From Fibrobacteria bacterium (GTDB lineage: Bacteria > Fibrobacterota > Fibrobacteria > UBA11236 > JADFYW01): a stretch of DNA of 64,000 nucleotides. Shown piece after piece: positions 18,398 through 28,173 of the stretch. Position 1 is the stretch's first letter, and each line of letters opens with the position of its first letter. The notes beneath the pieces were generated by a model. The model made no database searches and had not been told where the DNA came from. It was given only the letters and a program-made list of their open reading frames with translations. The stretch covers positions 1 through 64,000 of the forward strand of contig JBNKOC010000003.1 of assembly GCA_050294405.1 (NCBI GenBank), given 5' to 3'. A program made the position numbers and the translations under genes.

Positions 18398-20470
18398 ATG
18401 ATTAAATCAGTTTCTCTTTTTTTCCTTTTAAGCATTTCTGCTTTCAATATGGAATGGCTATCAGGCATTTCTATTAATTCTCAAGTCAACAACATGGAGC
18501 TGGTAGATGGGATAGCCTACCTTGCCAGCCGAAACGAAGGTTTAATTACGGTAGATTTTAAAAACCCCTCCGAACCCATGCTATTATCTAAATCCGATGG
18601 TTTACTTCAAGCGAGGGCGGTTTCTGTTAGCGGAAATTTTGCATTTGTGGCTGACAACAGTTTTGGCCTAAAAATTTTCGATGTATCCAACCCGTCAGTA
18701 CCTGAGTTAGTGGGAGAGTATGAGCTGGTTCCTCCAGCCAGCGTCCAGGGAAATGATAAATCAGCCTATGGTATTTGCCTTTATAAAAATTACGCACTGG
18801 TTGTGGGCTTATCCCGCTTGACGGTTATTGATGTCACAAATCCTAAGTCCCCTCAATATGTTTCTGAATTAGAAGGGGCTGGCATCAACATTGGAAGAAA
18901 TGGAGGTAAAAAGCTGGTTACTTACATGGACTATGTCTATATGGTTCATAAAGATTCAACTGTCTTAGTAATTAATTTGGCAAACGCACAGCAACCTAGC
19001 CTATTAGAACCTATCCACTTGGGGGGTAAATCTTCTTATGATTTGGCAATAGTAAGTAATAAGTTGGTGGTTTCCACTCAGGCCAGCAACTTGGAAGTTT
19101 ACGATATCACAAATCCGGAAACTCCACAATACATCGGAAGCCAGAACATTGCGGGCAGTGCTTATTTTATGAGGGCCACAGAAAATACATTATATGTTGG
19201 CGGCAATACCATTAATAAACTGGAATTTAGCAATTCACAGGGTTCAACATGGATGGAAAACTTTTCCATTGGAGGAACGGTTGGAGCTCTTGCAGTGGAA
19301 GGAGACTATATATTGGCAAGCAACAGCCTAAGCCTACAACTGTTAAAAGGGACAAGCCTGAATCCAAACCCGCTATTTAGGAAATTACTGTCTCAACTAT
19401 CTACAAAAATTGGAAATTTTAATAATAGAGTTGCAATAACAGGCTCAGGTGGTGCCTTTACTTTATTTGATGTGAGCGACCATGCAATGCCAGAATTGCA
19501 GTTTAACCGGCCAGCAAATTTTTTTGTAGAGGACACCAAAATAGGCTTTAATCAGGACCATCTATTCCTGAACATCTATTCAGATTTGGAAATGTGGAAT
19601 CTGGGAGATTCGGCTAAACCTTTTTTAGAAGGGACCTATCGGGGAACCAATATTTCAGATTTCGAAATATCAGGAGCGACAGCTTTTATTGTAGGAAATA
19701 GTTTTGCGGTTGTGGATGTTTCAAACCCTTTATCTCCTAAAGAGTTATACATTGAGGAAAATTTAACGGGATACACTAATGTTTTATTGACAGAGCAATT
19801 TGCATATGTCTTTGGCCCATCTGGAATTCGAATTTATGACTTTTCCATCTTAACCTCTCCGGTTTTAGTGGATGACATTAGTAGTTTAGGGGCGGTGCTA
19901 AACATGCAAATTCTTGGGGAGAACGCATTTTTGCTTGGGGCGGATTCCACTATCCATAGTTTAAATTTACAAAGTTTTACCCCCCTAGCCAGTTTTAAAA
20001 TTAATCGCGATGTTTTCGATATGGAACTAATGGGCGAACGCTTGTTTTTAGCAACCGGTTCCAGTCAAATTTTAACGGTTCAGATTAGCGATCCTATCCA
20101 TTTAAAGATGGGGCCAAGCTATTATAGCCCGGGAGACAGTAAGGATATTAGTGTGTCGCAAGATTACATTTATGTAGCTGATGGTTGGGCGGGCTTTAGC
20201 ATAGTTGAAATAAGTAAACCCACTACTGGGTTAAAGTTTGTAAATAGAATTCCAATGCATCCAGAGGCTAAATTAATTCAGGTCCCTGCCTCAAATTCCC
20301 ACAGGCAGATAAAAATAAATTGGGAGGCGCATTTAATGCCGGAAGCTATTTATATCTACAATATGATGGGCAGGCAAATAAAAAAAATCAATGCGAAGGG
20401 ACAGGGCTTTATGTACTGGGATGTAAGTTTAATATCGCCTGGAAGCTATTATTATAGGTTTTACCCATGA
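18398..20470 (+). CDS. LVIVD-repeat beta-propeller secreted protein with T9SS-like tail
   Basis: Repeats such as AFVADNSFGLKIFDVSNPSVP, LTVIDVTNPKSP, IYVADGWAGFSIV; tail IYNMMGR...GSYYYR; ATG 18398 after GAGG. Confidence 0.85.
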   Translation: MIKSVSLFFLLSISAFNMEWLSGISINSQVNNMELVDGIAYLASRNEGLITVDFKNPSEPMLLSKSDGLLQARAVSVSGNFAFVADNSFGLKIFDVSNPSVPELVGEYELVPPASVQGNDKSAYGICLYKNYALVVGLSRLTVIDVTNPKSPQYVSELEGAGINIGRNGGKKLVTYMDYVYMVHKDSTVLVINLANAQQPSLLEPIHLGGKSSYDLAIVSNKLVVSTQASNLEVYDITNPETPQYIGSQNIAGSAYFMRATENTLYVGGNTINKLEFSNSQGSTWMENFSIGGTVGALAVEGDYILASNSLSLQLLKGTSLNPNPLFRKLLSQLSTKIGNFNNRVAITGSGGAFTLFDVSDHAMPELQFNRPANFFVEDTKIGFNQDHLFLNIYSDLEMWNLGDSAKPFLEGTYRGTNISDFEISGATAFIVGNSFAVVDVSNPLSPKELYIEENLTGYTNVLLTEQFAYVFGPSGIRIYDFSILTSPVLVDDISSLGAVLNMQILGENAFLLGADSTIHSLNLQSFTPLASFKINRDVFDMELMGERLFLATGSSQILTVQISDPIHLKMGPSYYSPGDSKDISVSQDYIYVADGWAGFSIVEISKPTTGLKFVNRIPMHPEAKLIQVPASNSHRQIKINWEAHLMPEAIYIYNMMGRQIKKINAKGQGFMYWDVSLISPGSYYYRFYP

Positions 20471-21294
20471 TTGATGTTTTTAAATATTCCAATTATCGGG
20501 AATATATAAAGGACTATTATTTTTTTCGCAAGGAAAAACAGTCCAGTTACAGTTATCGCGCAATGGCATTCAAGGCGGGGATTAATTCCTCGTCTTTTTT
20601 TAAATATGTTATAGAAGGAAAGCGTAATTTAAGTAAAGGAACTTTGGAAAAAGCGGTGGATGCCTTTGGGTTAAAGGGGCTGGAGCGGGATTATTTTAAA
20701 AATCTGGTAATGTTAAATCAGGCCGCAACAGTTGGGGATAATGCCCGTTATTTTGCCAAGCTTACGGAAATTCGAAATCAGCACGAAATAAAAATCGTGG
20801 AGCCCAGGGATTATGAGTTTTATTCGGAATGGTATCATCCCGTTGTGAGAGAGCTTGCCGTGATTCCAGAGCTAAAGAGCCCCGAAGATATTGCAAAATG
20901 CTTAGTACCAGAGGTTAGTCCTGCAAAAGTTCGTGAATCCCAGGATATGTTATTGCGCTTGGGGTTTTTGCTAAAAGGAAAAAATGGAGGATATAAACAA
21001 CGGGAACCTGTGCTTTCTTCAGGCCAGGAAATGCGTAGAGCCTCAATTTTAAGTTACCAGATAAAAATGTTTAACCTGTCCATAGATGCCCTGTCCAAAG
21101 CTAAGCAAGGGAGCTATTTGGCATCCAGCACCGTACTTGGTTTATCCAATCCAAATTTTGAAAAGGCTAAAGAAATAATCCGGAAATGCAGATATAAGCT
21201 TCTGGATATGGCGGCTAAAGAAAAAAAGGTGGACCAAGTACAGCAATTAAACATACATTTATTTCCAGTTGGAAAAATCAAGCATGACAATTAA
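20467..21294 (+). CDS. TIGR02147/DUF4423 family putative DNA-binding protein (copy 1)
   Basis: VFKYSNYREYI, SYRAMA..AG..S..VIEGKRNLS, FYSEWYHPVVREL, QLNIHLFP; ATGA overlap with the upstream gene. Confidence 0.9.
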   Translation: MIDVFKYSNYREYIKDYYFFRKEKQSSYSYRAMAFKAGINSSSFFKYVIEGKRNLSKGTLEKAVDAFGLKGLERDYFKNLVMLNQAATVGDNARYFAKLTEIRNQHEIKIVEPRDYEFYSEWYHPVVRELAVIPELKSPEDIAKCLVPEVSPAKVRESQDMLLRLGFLLKGKNGGYKQREPVLSSGQEMRRASILSYQIKMFNLSIDALSKAKQGSYLASSTVLGLSNPNFEKAKEIIRKCRYKLLDMAAKEKKVDQVQQLNIHLFPVGKIKHDN

Positions 21295-21988
21295 CCTCCT
21301 TTTTAAGAAAAGCCTGAAAGGCTCTATTATGTTATGGTTGATTTTTTCTCTTTTTTTTACGCAATGTGTGTTACTGGGGGGATCAGATACTGAAACTGCT
21401 AACAAAAATGACGAAAACACCATTATGGGAATCGTCTATAATGAATCCGGAGAAATAGCGCCGGGAGCTTGGATAAGCATTATGCCCTCTGATTTTGTCC
21501 CCAACGAAACAAATCGTTTTCAATTCCAAATCCAAAGCGATTCCATGGGAGAATACAAATTTGAAGGGCTTGATGTTGATCAAAGTTATAATATTGCGGC
21601 TAGTTTAAATCAAAGTAATTTAGTTGCGCTTGAAAAGAATATTGTTCCGAGCAAGGATGCTTACAATATAAACTTGAATAAGCCTCTTCGATTGGAAATC
21701 ACATTGGAATATGTGGATTATGCCTATGAGAAACTGGATTCTACCCATACATATTTTCCCGGCACCAACATATGGGCCCGTTGCGACAGCTTTACGGTAA
21801 TTGATAGCTTGCCATCGGGTGCAGCTAGTATGGTTTTTAACAACTCCAAGGAAGAAAGGGCTTTGTTTTTAATTCCAAACCAGAAGGAAAGTTTTGGGCC
21901 TGTAGTCAATGCCGACCCCGGCGATACTTTGAGAATAAAAGTCTTGAAATATTTTGGGCAAGCTTACCAATTGGACAGTATAGAATAA
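21284..21988 (+). CDS. lipoprotein with carboxypeptidase-regulatory-like (transthyretin-like) domain
   Basis: FFTQC then GGSDTETAN; IMGIVYNESGEIAPGA..SDSMGEYKF; overlaps the TIGR02147 stop. Confidence 0.7.
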   Translation: MTINLLFKKSLKGSIMLWLIFSLFFTQCVLLGGSDTETANKNDENTIMGIVYNESGEIAPGAWISIMPSDFVPNETNRFQFQIQSDSMGEYKFEGLDVDQSYNIAASLNQSNLVALEKNIVPSKDAYNINLNKPLRLEITLEYVDYAYEKLDSTHTYFPGTNIWARCDSFTVIDSLPSGAASMVFNNSKEERALFLIPNQKESFGPVVNADPGDTLRIKVLKYFGQAYQLDSIE

Positions 21989-22047
21989 TTTTTTCCCCTC
22001 AAGTAAACGTATTCTTTTATTTTGTTTGAATAATTATTATAAACAAA

Positions 22048-22578
22048 ATGGGAATTCGCATTATGGAAGAGCAAAAAAAGCAATTAGAAATTGAAAAGCT
22101 TAGAAAAGAAGTCCAAGTTTTAGAGCTTGAAATAAAAACTCGCCAAAGCTCCGAAAAAAGAAAACTGCTTATGTTGTTGTCCATTATCATTGGGATTTTG
22201 GCTTCGGCGTTCGGAACTTATCAAGCCCTGGCTGAGGTAAAAAACAAGAATAAGCAATTGGCTATTGAGTCCGAAATTAGATCTCATGAAATATTTTTAA
22301 ACCAGGTCATTGATAGGAGATCCGGTACTAAGTCCCAGCACGAGGAAATGGGCCCATCGGGTAAAATGGAAATTGTGGCCAGAGAATACTATGGCCGGGC
22401 GACCCAGCAGGCAGCTTATACATCAGCTGTGACTCTGGCCAAAAATTTTAAAAATTTGCGACCCGTTACTCATTTCCTTCTGAATTATCAATTAAGATGG
22501 GTGGACCCGAATAACGATACTGAAAATGAAAAAGAGTATATCGATGGGCTAATTGAAGAATTAAACTATACCCCATAA
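22048..22578 (+). CDS. hypothetical single-pass membrane protein with coiled coils
   Basis: 176-aa ORF; heptad-rich N-terminus; one hydrophobic segment LLMLLSIIIGILASAFG. Confidence 0.55.
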   Translation: MGIRIMEEQKKQLEIEKLRKEVQVLELEIKTRQSSEKRKLLMLLSIIIGILASAFGTYQALAEVKNKNKQLAIESEIRSHEIFLNQVIDRRSGTKSQHEEMGPSGKMEIVAREYYGRATQQAAYTSAVTLAKNFKNLRPVTHFLLNYQLRWVDPNNDTENEKEYIDGLIEELNYTP

Positions 22579-22745
22579 AATTGGGTGGCCTAATATTTGC
22601 CGCTTTTTGTATTATTATAGCCTCAAAATTCTCTAATTAATTTTAGCATCCCTTCAATTGTGGAAAAAAAACCTTGGGATTAGCTTGTTTTAACTAAATT
22701 TTCTTCATGCGTAACTAATTTATCCTAACAAGGGAGATAACTAAC

Positions 22746-23729
22746 ATGGAAGCAAATTCCCAATTAGCATTGGACCAAAGAGAAGAGCCTTTCCAATATC
22801 AGGGCGTGGGCAGCGAGCTTTTTGGCATCTATTTAAAAACTGTTTTACTCACTATAGTAACTCTGGGCATCTATCGTTTTTGGGGCAAGGTGCAAATCAA
22901 TAAATATCTGTTTTCCCACACTAGTTTTTTGGGACGTAGTTTTGGTTACCACGCTACAGGCAAGGAGAGGTTTATTGGCTTTCTTAAAGGGGCAGCCGTG
23001 GTGATCTTGTTATTGATTGCAGCCATGATGCTTCCTTTAATTTTAGGCCCGCAAACAGGACAGCTCGTGTCCAGTGCAATGTTTACTGTAATTATATTGG
23101 GAGCCCAGCCTTTAATCATCGTGGGCAGGCACCGCTATTTATTAAGCCGATCGTCCTGGAGCAATGTACGCTTTCGTTTTGCCGGAAACTTTAAAGAATT
23201 TGCTCCTATGTATTATAAAGGTGTTCTATTGGGAGTGCTGACTTTAGGGATTTACAGCCCCTGGTTTATTAACAATATCCTTCATTATTTATTGGGTAAG
23301 TCCAATTTGGGAGACAAACAGTTTAGTTTTTACGGGGAAGGCAAAAAAATCTTTTTTATATACTTAAAAGGTATTTTACTTAGCATAGTGACTTTAGGCA
23401 TATATTCTTTTTGGTATACGGCTAACCTAATTCGATATGTTTTTTCTCAAACTGAACTAGACGGCAATAAGTTTAATTGTAAAATAACGGGCGGAACATT
23501 GTTTAAAATATATTTGGTATCCTTTTTAATTGTTTTGTTTACTCTGGGATTTGGCTTAGCCTTTGCCGTGAATTATTCCATGTATCAATTTTTTGGTAAA
23601 CTGAGCTTGGAAGCCGACGCCCAATCTCTAAAAGATTTACAAAATGTTTCAGATAGCCAGGCATCAGCCTTCGCGGATGGTGTTAGCGAAGCTGTGGATG
23701 CTCTGGACGCTATTGGCAGCATGATTTGA
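22746..23729 (+). CDS. YjgN/DUF898 family membrane protein
   Basis: Repeated TLGIY.(F/P)W motifs; F.Y.G.G..LF; GGGAG SD. Confidence 0.9.
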   Translation: MEANSQLALDQREEPFQYQGVGSELFGIYLKTVLLTIVTLGIYRFWGKVQINKYLFSHTSFLGRSFGYHATGKERFIGFLKGAAVVILLLIAAMMLPLILGPQTGQLVSSAMFTVIILGAQPLIIVGRHRYLLSRSSWSNVRFRFAGNFKEFAPMYYKGVLLGVLTLGIYSPWFINNILHYLLGKSNLGDKQFSFYGEGKKIFFIYLKGILLSIVTLGIYSFWYTANLIRYVFSQTELDGNKFNCKITGGTLFKIYLVSFLIVLFTLGFGLAFAVNYSMYQFFGKLSLEADAQSLKDLQNVSDSQASAFADGVSEAVDALDAIGSMI

Positions 23730-23802
23730 TTTTATATTCTTAGTGAGAGCAACGATGTATTATGTCGTGAGGGCAATTTTCAGAGTTTGGCTTAATTAAG
23801 TT

Positions 23803-25053
23803 ATGTATTCGGTTCTATATTTCGATGGAAAAAAATCCGATCCCCACTCCGTGGAAATGGAAGTGGGGGAGCGCAGTATAAGGTTAATTTCCAGTAAGGG
23901 GAATACGCTTCGTCAGTTTAGCTACAAAGATATAACCCACTTAAATAAGATAGGGCAAAAGTACCAGCTTGAATTAATAGCCCTCATTACAGGCGATGCT
24001 GTGGAGCTTATCGAATTTGAGGGGATTGAAATTTATAACTTAGTTCAGCGTTATCGGCAGCTACACTCCTCTTCCATTGCTAAATCCATATTCTTTTTTG
24101 ACAGACAGAATCTGGCAGGCAAACTGACATTGACTTTTGGCTTAGGCGCAGGGTTTTTATTGCTGGTGTTTTTAGCATTTAGTAACATCCACTTTTTTAT
24201 TCCTAAAAGATACGACTTGTATTTGGGAGAAAAAATTGAAAAGCAATTACTCAGAAAAGCTGAGGTATGCGAATCAGACTCTCTTTTAGAATTTATAAAC
24301 AAGGTCGAAGAAGTTTTATCCATGCCAGAAGATAATTTTAAGCCTAAAATACATTTGGTGAATTATCCGCTGGTAAATGCGGTGGCCTTTCCCGGTGGAA
24401 AGATTTTTTTATTCAAGGGTTTGGTTAAAGTCAGTGAATCGCCAGAAGAAGTCATTGCTGTACTGGCCCACGAAATGGAACACGCTGAAAGACGTCACGG
24501 CATAAAACAAATGTCCCGGTCGGTGGGAATGGCCTTTATGGCATCTATGGTTATCGGTATGGCTGTAGAAGGTGTTGAAATCTTTGAAGCTGCTGAATTT
24601 ATGGGCGAAATTTTATCTACTCTGCTTTATCTCAAATATTCCCGGGGTTTTGAGGAAGAAGCTGATAAACTGGCCGTTAAAAGATTGCACTCTAAAGAAA
24701 TTACTGCCCAGGGAATGGCTGATTTTTTTAAGCGGTTAGACAGCCTTTCTAAAAAGGAAGATAAAAAAGAAGAAAAGAAGAATGAGGCAGGCAACATAAC
24801 AGAGAATCAAGGTAAAATAGCATCTGAGCAAAAGGGTGAAGAACAAGTTGATGATAAAGCAGAATCTTTATCAAGCTGGTTTCAAACCCACCCTCAGAGT
24901 AAAAAGCGATATACATACATTCAAAAAGCGGTAGAGGCTGAATCCTTTGGACCTAACCCTTTGTTAGCAGCTGAGCGGGCTAATTGGAACGAGCTTAAAA
25001 ATTCCTGCCCTGATTCAAAAAAGCCATTAAAAATTTGGAAGCTTATTTTTTAA
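23803..25053 (+). CDS. M48 family zinc metallopeptidase
   Basis: YFDGK N-terminus, NAVAFPGGKI, LAHEMEH (HEXXH), YSRGFEEEAD, THP; usual partner of YjgN. Confidence 0.92.
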   Translation: MYSVLYFDGKKSDPHSVEMEVGERSIRLISSKGNTLRQFSYKDITHLNKIGQKYQLELIALITGDAVELIEFEGIEIYNLVQRYRQLHSSSIAKSIFFFDRQNLAGKLTLTFGLGAGFLLLVFLAFSNIHFFIPKRYDLYLGEKIEKQLLRKAEVCESDSLLEFINKVEEVLSMPEDNFKPKIHLVNYPLVNAVAFPGGKIFLFKGLVKVSESPEEVIAVLAHEMEHAERRHGIKQMSRSVGMAFMASMVIGMAVEGVEIFEAAEFMGEILSTLLYLKYSRGFEEEADKLAVKRLHSKEITAQGMADFFKRLDSLSKKEDKKEEKKNEAGNITENQGKIASEQKGEEQVDDKAESLSSWFQTHPQSKKRYTYIQKAVEAESFGPNPLLAAERANWNELKNSCPDSKKPLKIWKLIF

Positions 25054-25064
25054 AATCGAGAAAT

Positions 25065-25096
25065 AAAAAAAGCCCCTCACATTGAGGAGCCTTTTT
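25065..25096. terminator. bidirectional intrinsic terminator (imperfect stem)
   Basis: AAAAAAAGCCCCTCA-cat-TGAGGAGCCTTTTT between convergent genes. Confidence 0.6.
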
Positions 25097-25116
25097 GTGC
25101 TTGCAAATTTTACTTT

Positions 25117-25776
25117 TTATTTTTTTCTGCGACGAGCAGCGAAGCCTAAAAGACCTAGTCCCATAAGAGCTAAAGTAGCTGGTTCAGGAACAGCTTCGGC
25201 TACAACTTCCAATTGGTAACGTTCGGTTTCGCCCTGGTAGCGAACAGTGTTCTTTTCCCAAAGGCTAAAATCATAAGTGGTAGGTCTGTCGTTAGAAGTA
25301 CCGTACATGGCAGAAAGGTCGCGGCTGCACATAACAGAGGCGAACATGTTAAAAATACCAGTGTTGTCGAAAACGTAATCAAATGAGAATTGATATTGAG
25401 GGCCATTATAAGGATCAGAAATCCAACCGCCTCCGGTTTCGTCAATTAAAAAGGGGTAACCGCTATCTTTTAACAAAGAGCCATTGGCAGTCAACGGAGC
25501 ATTGATAACTTCGTCTTCCATCCAGATTTTGAGGGCATCATAATCGTGGTCGCCACGATACTGTTTGTCCATGGTGATGGTGAATGTTACAACTTCGTTA
25601 ACTTCAATAACGTTGTCGCCGGAAGCATCTTCCCAAGAGGCGCCCGCAATTTCTTGCCACCAGGTATTGTATTGGTTTACCTGTGTGGAGACCATATTAA
25701 CAGGAGTTGCATAAGACATACCCACAAGAGCAGAACCAATCAGGGCGGGTTTAATAAGATTTTTAATGTTTAACAT
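25117..25776 (-). CDS. PEP-CTERM sorting domain protein
   Basis: Signal peptide; C-terminus VPEPATLALMGLGLLGFAARRRKK. Confidence 0.93.
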   Translation of the reverse strand: MLNIKNLIKPALIGSALVGMSYATPVNMVSTQVNQYNTWWQEIAGASWEDASGDNVIEVNEVVTFTITMDKQYRGDHDYDALKIWMEDEVINAPLTANGSLLKDSGYPFLIDETGGGWISDPYNGPQYQFSFDYVFDNTGIFNMFASVMCSRDLSAMYGTSNDRPTTYDFSLWEKNTVRYQGETERYQLEVVAEAVPEPATLALMGLGLLGFAARRRKK

Positions 25777-25808
25777 ATTTTTTTCCTTTAAAAGCTATTA
25801 GACTTTAC

Positions 25809-25910
25809 TGCAAATAGCATGCCTAATAAATTCCTTATAAAATGATGAAATTTGGCCATGCTTTTTTATAATCTGTTAAAAAACCCAAAAATGCGTCGAA
25901 TTTTTTTACA
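25809..25910 (-). promoter_or_regulatory. sigma54 (-24/-12) promoter with upstream enhancer-like boxes
   Basis: Minus strand AGGCATGCTATTTGCA (GG-N10-GC) at 25824-25809; upstream TGTAAA-N5-TCGACG (25910-25894) and TTAACA (25879-25874). Confidence 0.7.
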
Positions 25911-26007
25911 GTTTCATTCGGGGGAGCACGGCAAACCATAATGGGGAAAATCAGGTTTTGTAAATTTAAATTGCAATTGAGTAACAGTATTGTTTGAGAG
26001 TAAAAAT

Positions 26008-26295
26008 ATGAAAAAAGGTTATTGGATAGTGAGAGCTGATGTATCGGATATGACGAAGTTTTCTGATTATGCCTCTAAAACCCCTGAGGCGCTTGGGAAG
26101 TATAAAGGACAATTCTTGGTTAGGGCAGGTCAGCAAAAAATTGTTGAAGGCCAATCAAGAGCGAGGAATAGCGTAATTGAATTTCCAAGTTATAAAGATG
26201 CTTTGGATTGTTGGAATTCGGAGGAATACCAAAATGCAAGACAAATCCGAATTGGCGCGGCAGAACTAGACATCGTCGTGATAGAGGGTCCGTAA
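26008..26295 (+). CDS. DUF1330 domain protein
   Basis: KGYWI, KYKGQFLVRAG..VEG..RNSVIEFPSY..A..CWNSEEYQ..R. Confidence 0.9.
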   Translation: MKKGYWIVRADVSDMTKFSDYASKTPEALGKYKGQFLVRAGQQKIVEGQSRARNSVIEFPSYKDALDCWNSEEYQNARQIRIGAAELDIVVIEGP

Positions 26296-26327
26296 ATTAT
26301 CTGTGTCAGGTAAGCGGGTTGCATAAT

Positions 26328-27071
26328 ATGGAATTTTCTCCTAAGAATAATGTGGTTAAACTCTGTCTTCAGGGGATTGGTTATGAAGAACAAAAAGAAC
26401 CTGACAAAGCCCTAAACCTCTTTGTTGAGGCCTGGAACCAAGCGACGGATGAACACGAAAAATTTATTTGCGCCTTTTTTTTAGCCCGGACCTCAAAGAA
26501 CATTGCAGACGAATTAAAGTGGCTGGAAAACGCTTTGCTGTTCGCTTTAAACATTAATGATGATCGTGTAAATAGCGCTCTTCCTGATTTATATACAAAC
26601 ATAGCCAAATGCTATGAAATAAACAACGATTTGGAAAAGGCAACAGAATACCAAAAATTAACTTCATCCATAAGCTTAATGCCAACTCACAAGGGTCCCT
26701 TTTACCATGGGACCAGAGCTGATTTGAAAGTCGGTGAATTGTTAGTTCCAGGGGGAAGATCAAACTACCAGGCTAGCTTAATAATGAACCATATATATTT
26801 TACTGCTTTGGTTAGTGGGGCAGGGTTAGCTGCGGAAATGGCGAAGGCGGATGGTGATGCGCGAGTATACATTGTGGAACCCACTGGTGAATTTGAAAAT
26901 GATCCAAATGTTACCAATAAAAAATTTCCTGGAAATCCAACTCTTTCTTATCGCTCTGGTGAGCCATTAAAAATCCTAGGAGAAATAACAGATTGGGAAA
27001 GACAAACAGCCAACGAAATTCAAAAATGGCGCGAAAGGCTTGCTAAGAATAAGGGTGAAATAATTAATTGA
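26328..27071 (+). CDS. arr: NAD(+)-rifampin ADP-ribosyltransferase with N-terminal TPR-like helical domain
   Basis: GPFYHGTRADL, NHIYFT, VYIVEPTGEFENDPNVTNKKFPGNPTLSYRS..PLKILGE; about 115-aa helical N-terminal extension. Confidence 0.88.
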   Translation: MEFSPKNNVVKLCLQGIGYEEQKEPDKALNLFVEAWNQATDEHEKFICAFFLARTSKNIADELKWLENALLFALNINDDRVNSALPDLYTNIAKCYEINNDLEKATEYQKLTSSISLMPTHKGPFYHGTRADLKVGELLVPGGRSNYQASLIMNHIYFTALVSGAGLAAEMAKADGDARVYIVEPTGEFENDPNVTNKKFPGNPTLSYRSGEPLKILGEITDWERQTANEIQKWRERLAKNKGEIIN

Positions 27072-27279
27072 TAGACCTTCTTGAATATATTTGAGATACC
27101 AACCTTTCTTCGGCGGTTTCCAAAATGTATCCAAAAAAAAATAAGACTGTAAATAGTGTATCTCCTCAATCAATTAAAAATGCCATTTAAAGCAAAAAAT
27201 CGCTAATAATTGACCCTCAATAACTTGTAAGATACCGAAAAAGGTTTTCTGCTAGAAACCGTTTTTTGATGTTACTAGA

Positions 27280-27308
27280 TTGACTTTACCAATAATGGAC
27301 TGTACATT
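27280..27308 (+). promoter_or_regulatory. sigma70-type promoter for TIGR02147 copy 2
   Basis: TTGACT-N17-TACATT; imperfect palindrome GGTTTTCTGCTAGAAACC upstream at 27243-27260. Confidence 0.5.
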
Positions 27309-27326
27309 TCAATTTAGAGACTTAAC

Positions 27327-28169
27327 ATGCCAGATATATTCCAATACAATGACTTCCGGCTTTACTTGGGAAAATTCTACGAAGAGAAAAAGAAAAAGCA
27401 GGCCTCATTTTCTTATCAGAGCTTTTCCCGTCTAGCTGGGTTTACAAGTAAATCTTCGGTGTTGAATGTAATTCAGGGTAGAAAAAATCTTTCAAAAGCT
27501 TCAATTGTAAAAATGGGCGAGGCACTTAAATTAGGAAAAACCGAACGGGAGTATTTTGAAGCCTTGGTGCATTTTAATCAAGCGAAAGGTTTTAAGGAAA
27601 AAAATCACTATTATGATAAACTGGATTCAATTCGTTGCACTAACGGAGAAGCAGGTCATTCTAAAAAGTTGCGCCGAAATCAATTTGAATTTTATTCCCA
27701 ATGGTATCACGCAGCAATTCGTTCTATTATTGGAATGTATCCATTCAAAGACAATTATGCATGGCTTGCCAAGAAGGTGAACCCACCCATAAACATAAAC
27801 CAGGCAAAGAAATCTGTACGACTGTTGGAAAACATGGGGCTAATTGAAAAAACTCCAGATGGCATATATAAAATTACAGATCAGCATATTTCTACTGGTC
27901 GGGAAATTAAAAACCTGGCAGTACATCATTTTCACCTAAAATGTTTGGACTTAGCAAAAGCTGCGCTTGAGGAATTACCTCAAGATAAAAGAAATATTTC
28001 CGGCTTAACCTTAGGGATATCTGAAAAGGCATATAAAAATATTTGTGAAGAAATTTATAAGTTACAGGAAAAATTAATTTCACTTGCTGAAAAAGATGTT
28101 TATTCTAATTCGGTTTATCAGGTAAACTTTCAAATTTTCCCTATGACAAACCATGAAAGAAAAGGGTAA
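27327..28169 (+). CDS. TIGR02147/DUF4423 family putative DNA-binding protein (copy 2)
   Basis: IFQYNDFRLYL, FSYQSFSRLAGFTSKS..VIQGRKNLS, FYSQWYHAAIR, RNISGLTLGIS, YQVNFQIFP. Confidence 0.92.
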   Translation: MPDIFQYNDFRLYLGKFYEEKKKKQASFSYQSFSRLAGFTSKSSVLNVIQGRKNLSKASIVKMGEALKLGKTEREYFEALVHFNQAKGFKEKNHYYDKLDSIRCTNGEAGHSKKLRRNQFEFYSQWYHAAIRSIIGMYPFKDNYAWLAKKVNPPININQAKKSVRLLENMGLIEKTPDGIYKITDQHISTGREIKNLAVHHFHLKCLDLAKAALEELPQDKRNISGLTLGISEKAYKNICEEIYKLQEKLISLAEKDVYSNSVYQVNFQIFPMTNHERKG

Positions 28170-28173
28170 GATA

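Noticed and set aside
25921..25960. GGCAAACC...GG resembling the start of a c-di-GMP-I riboswitch
   Set aside because: No GNRA-capped P2 stem and no P3/receptor; too short.
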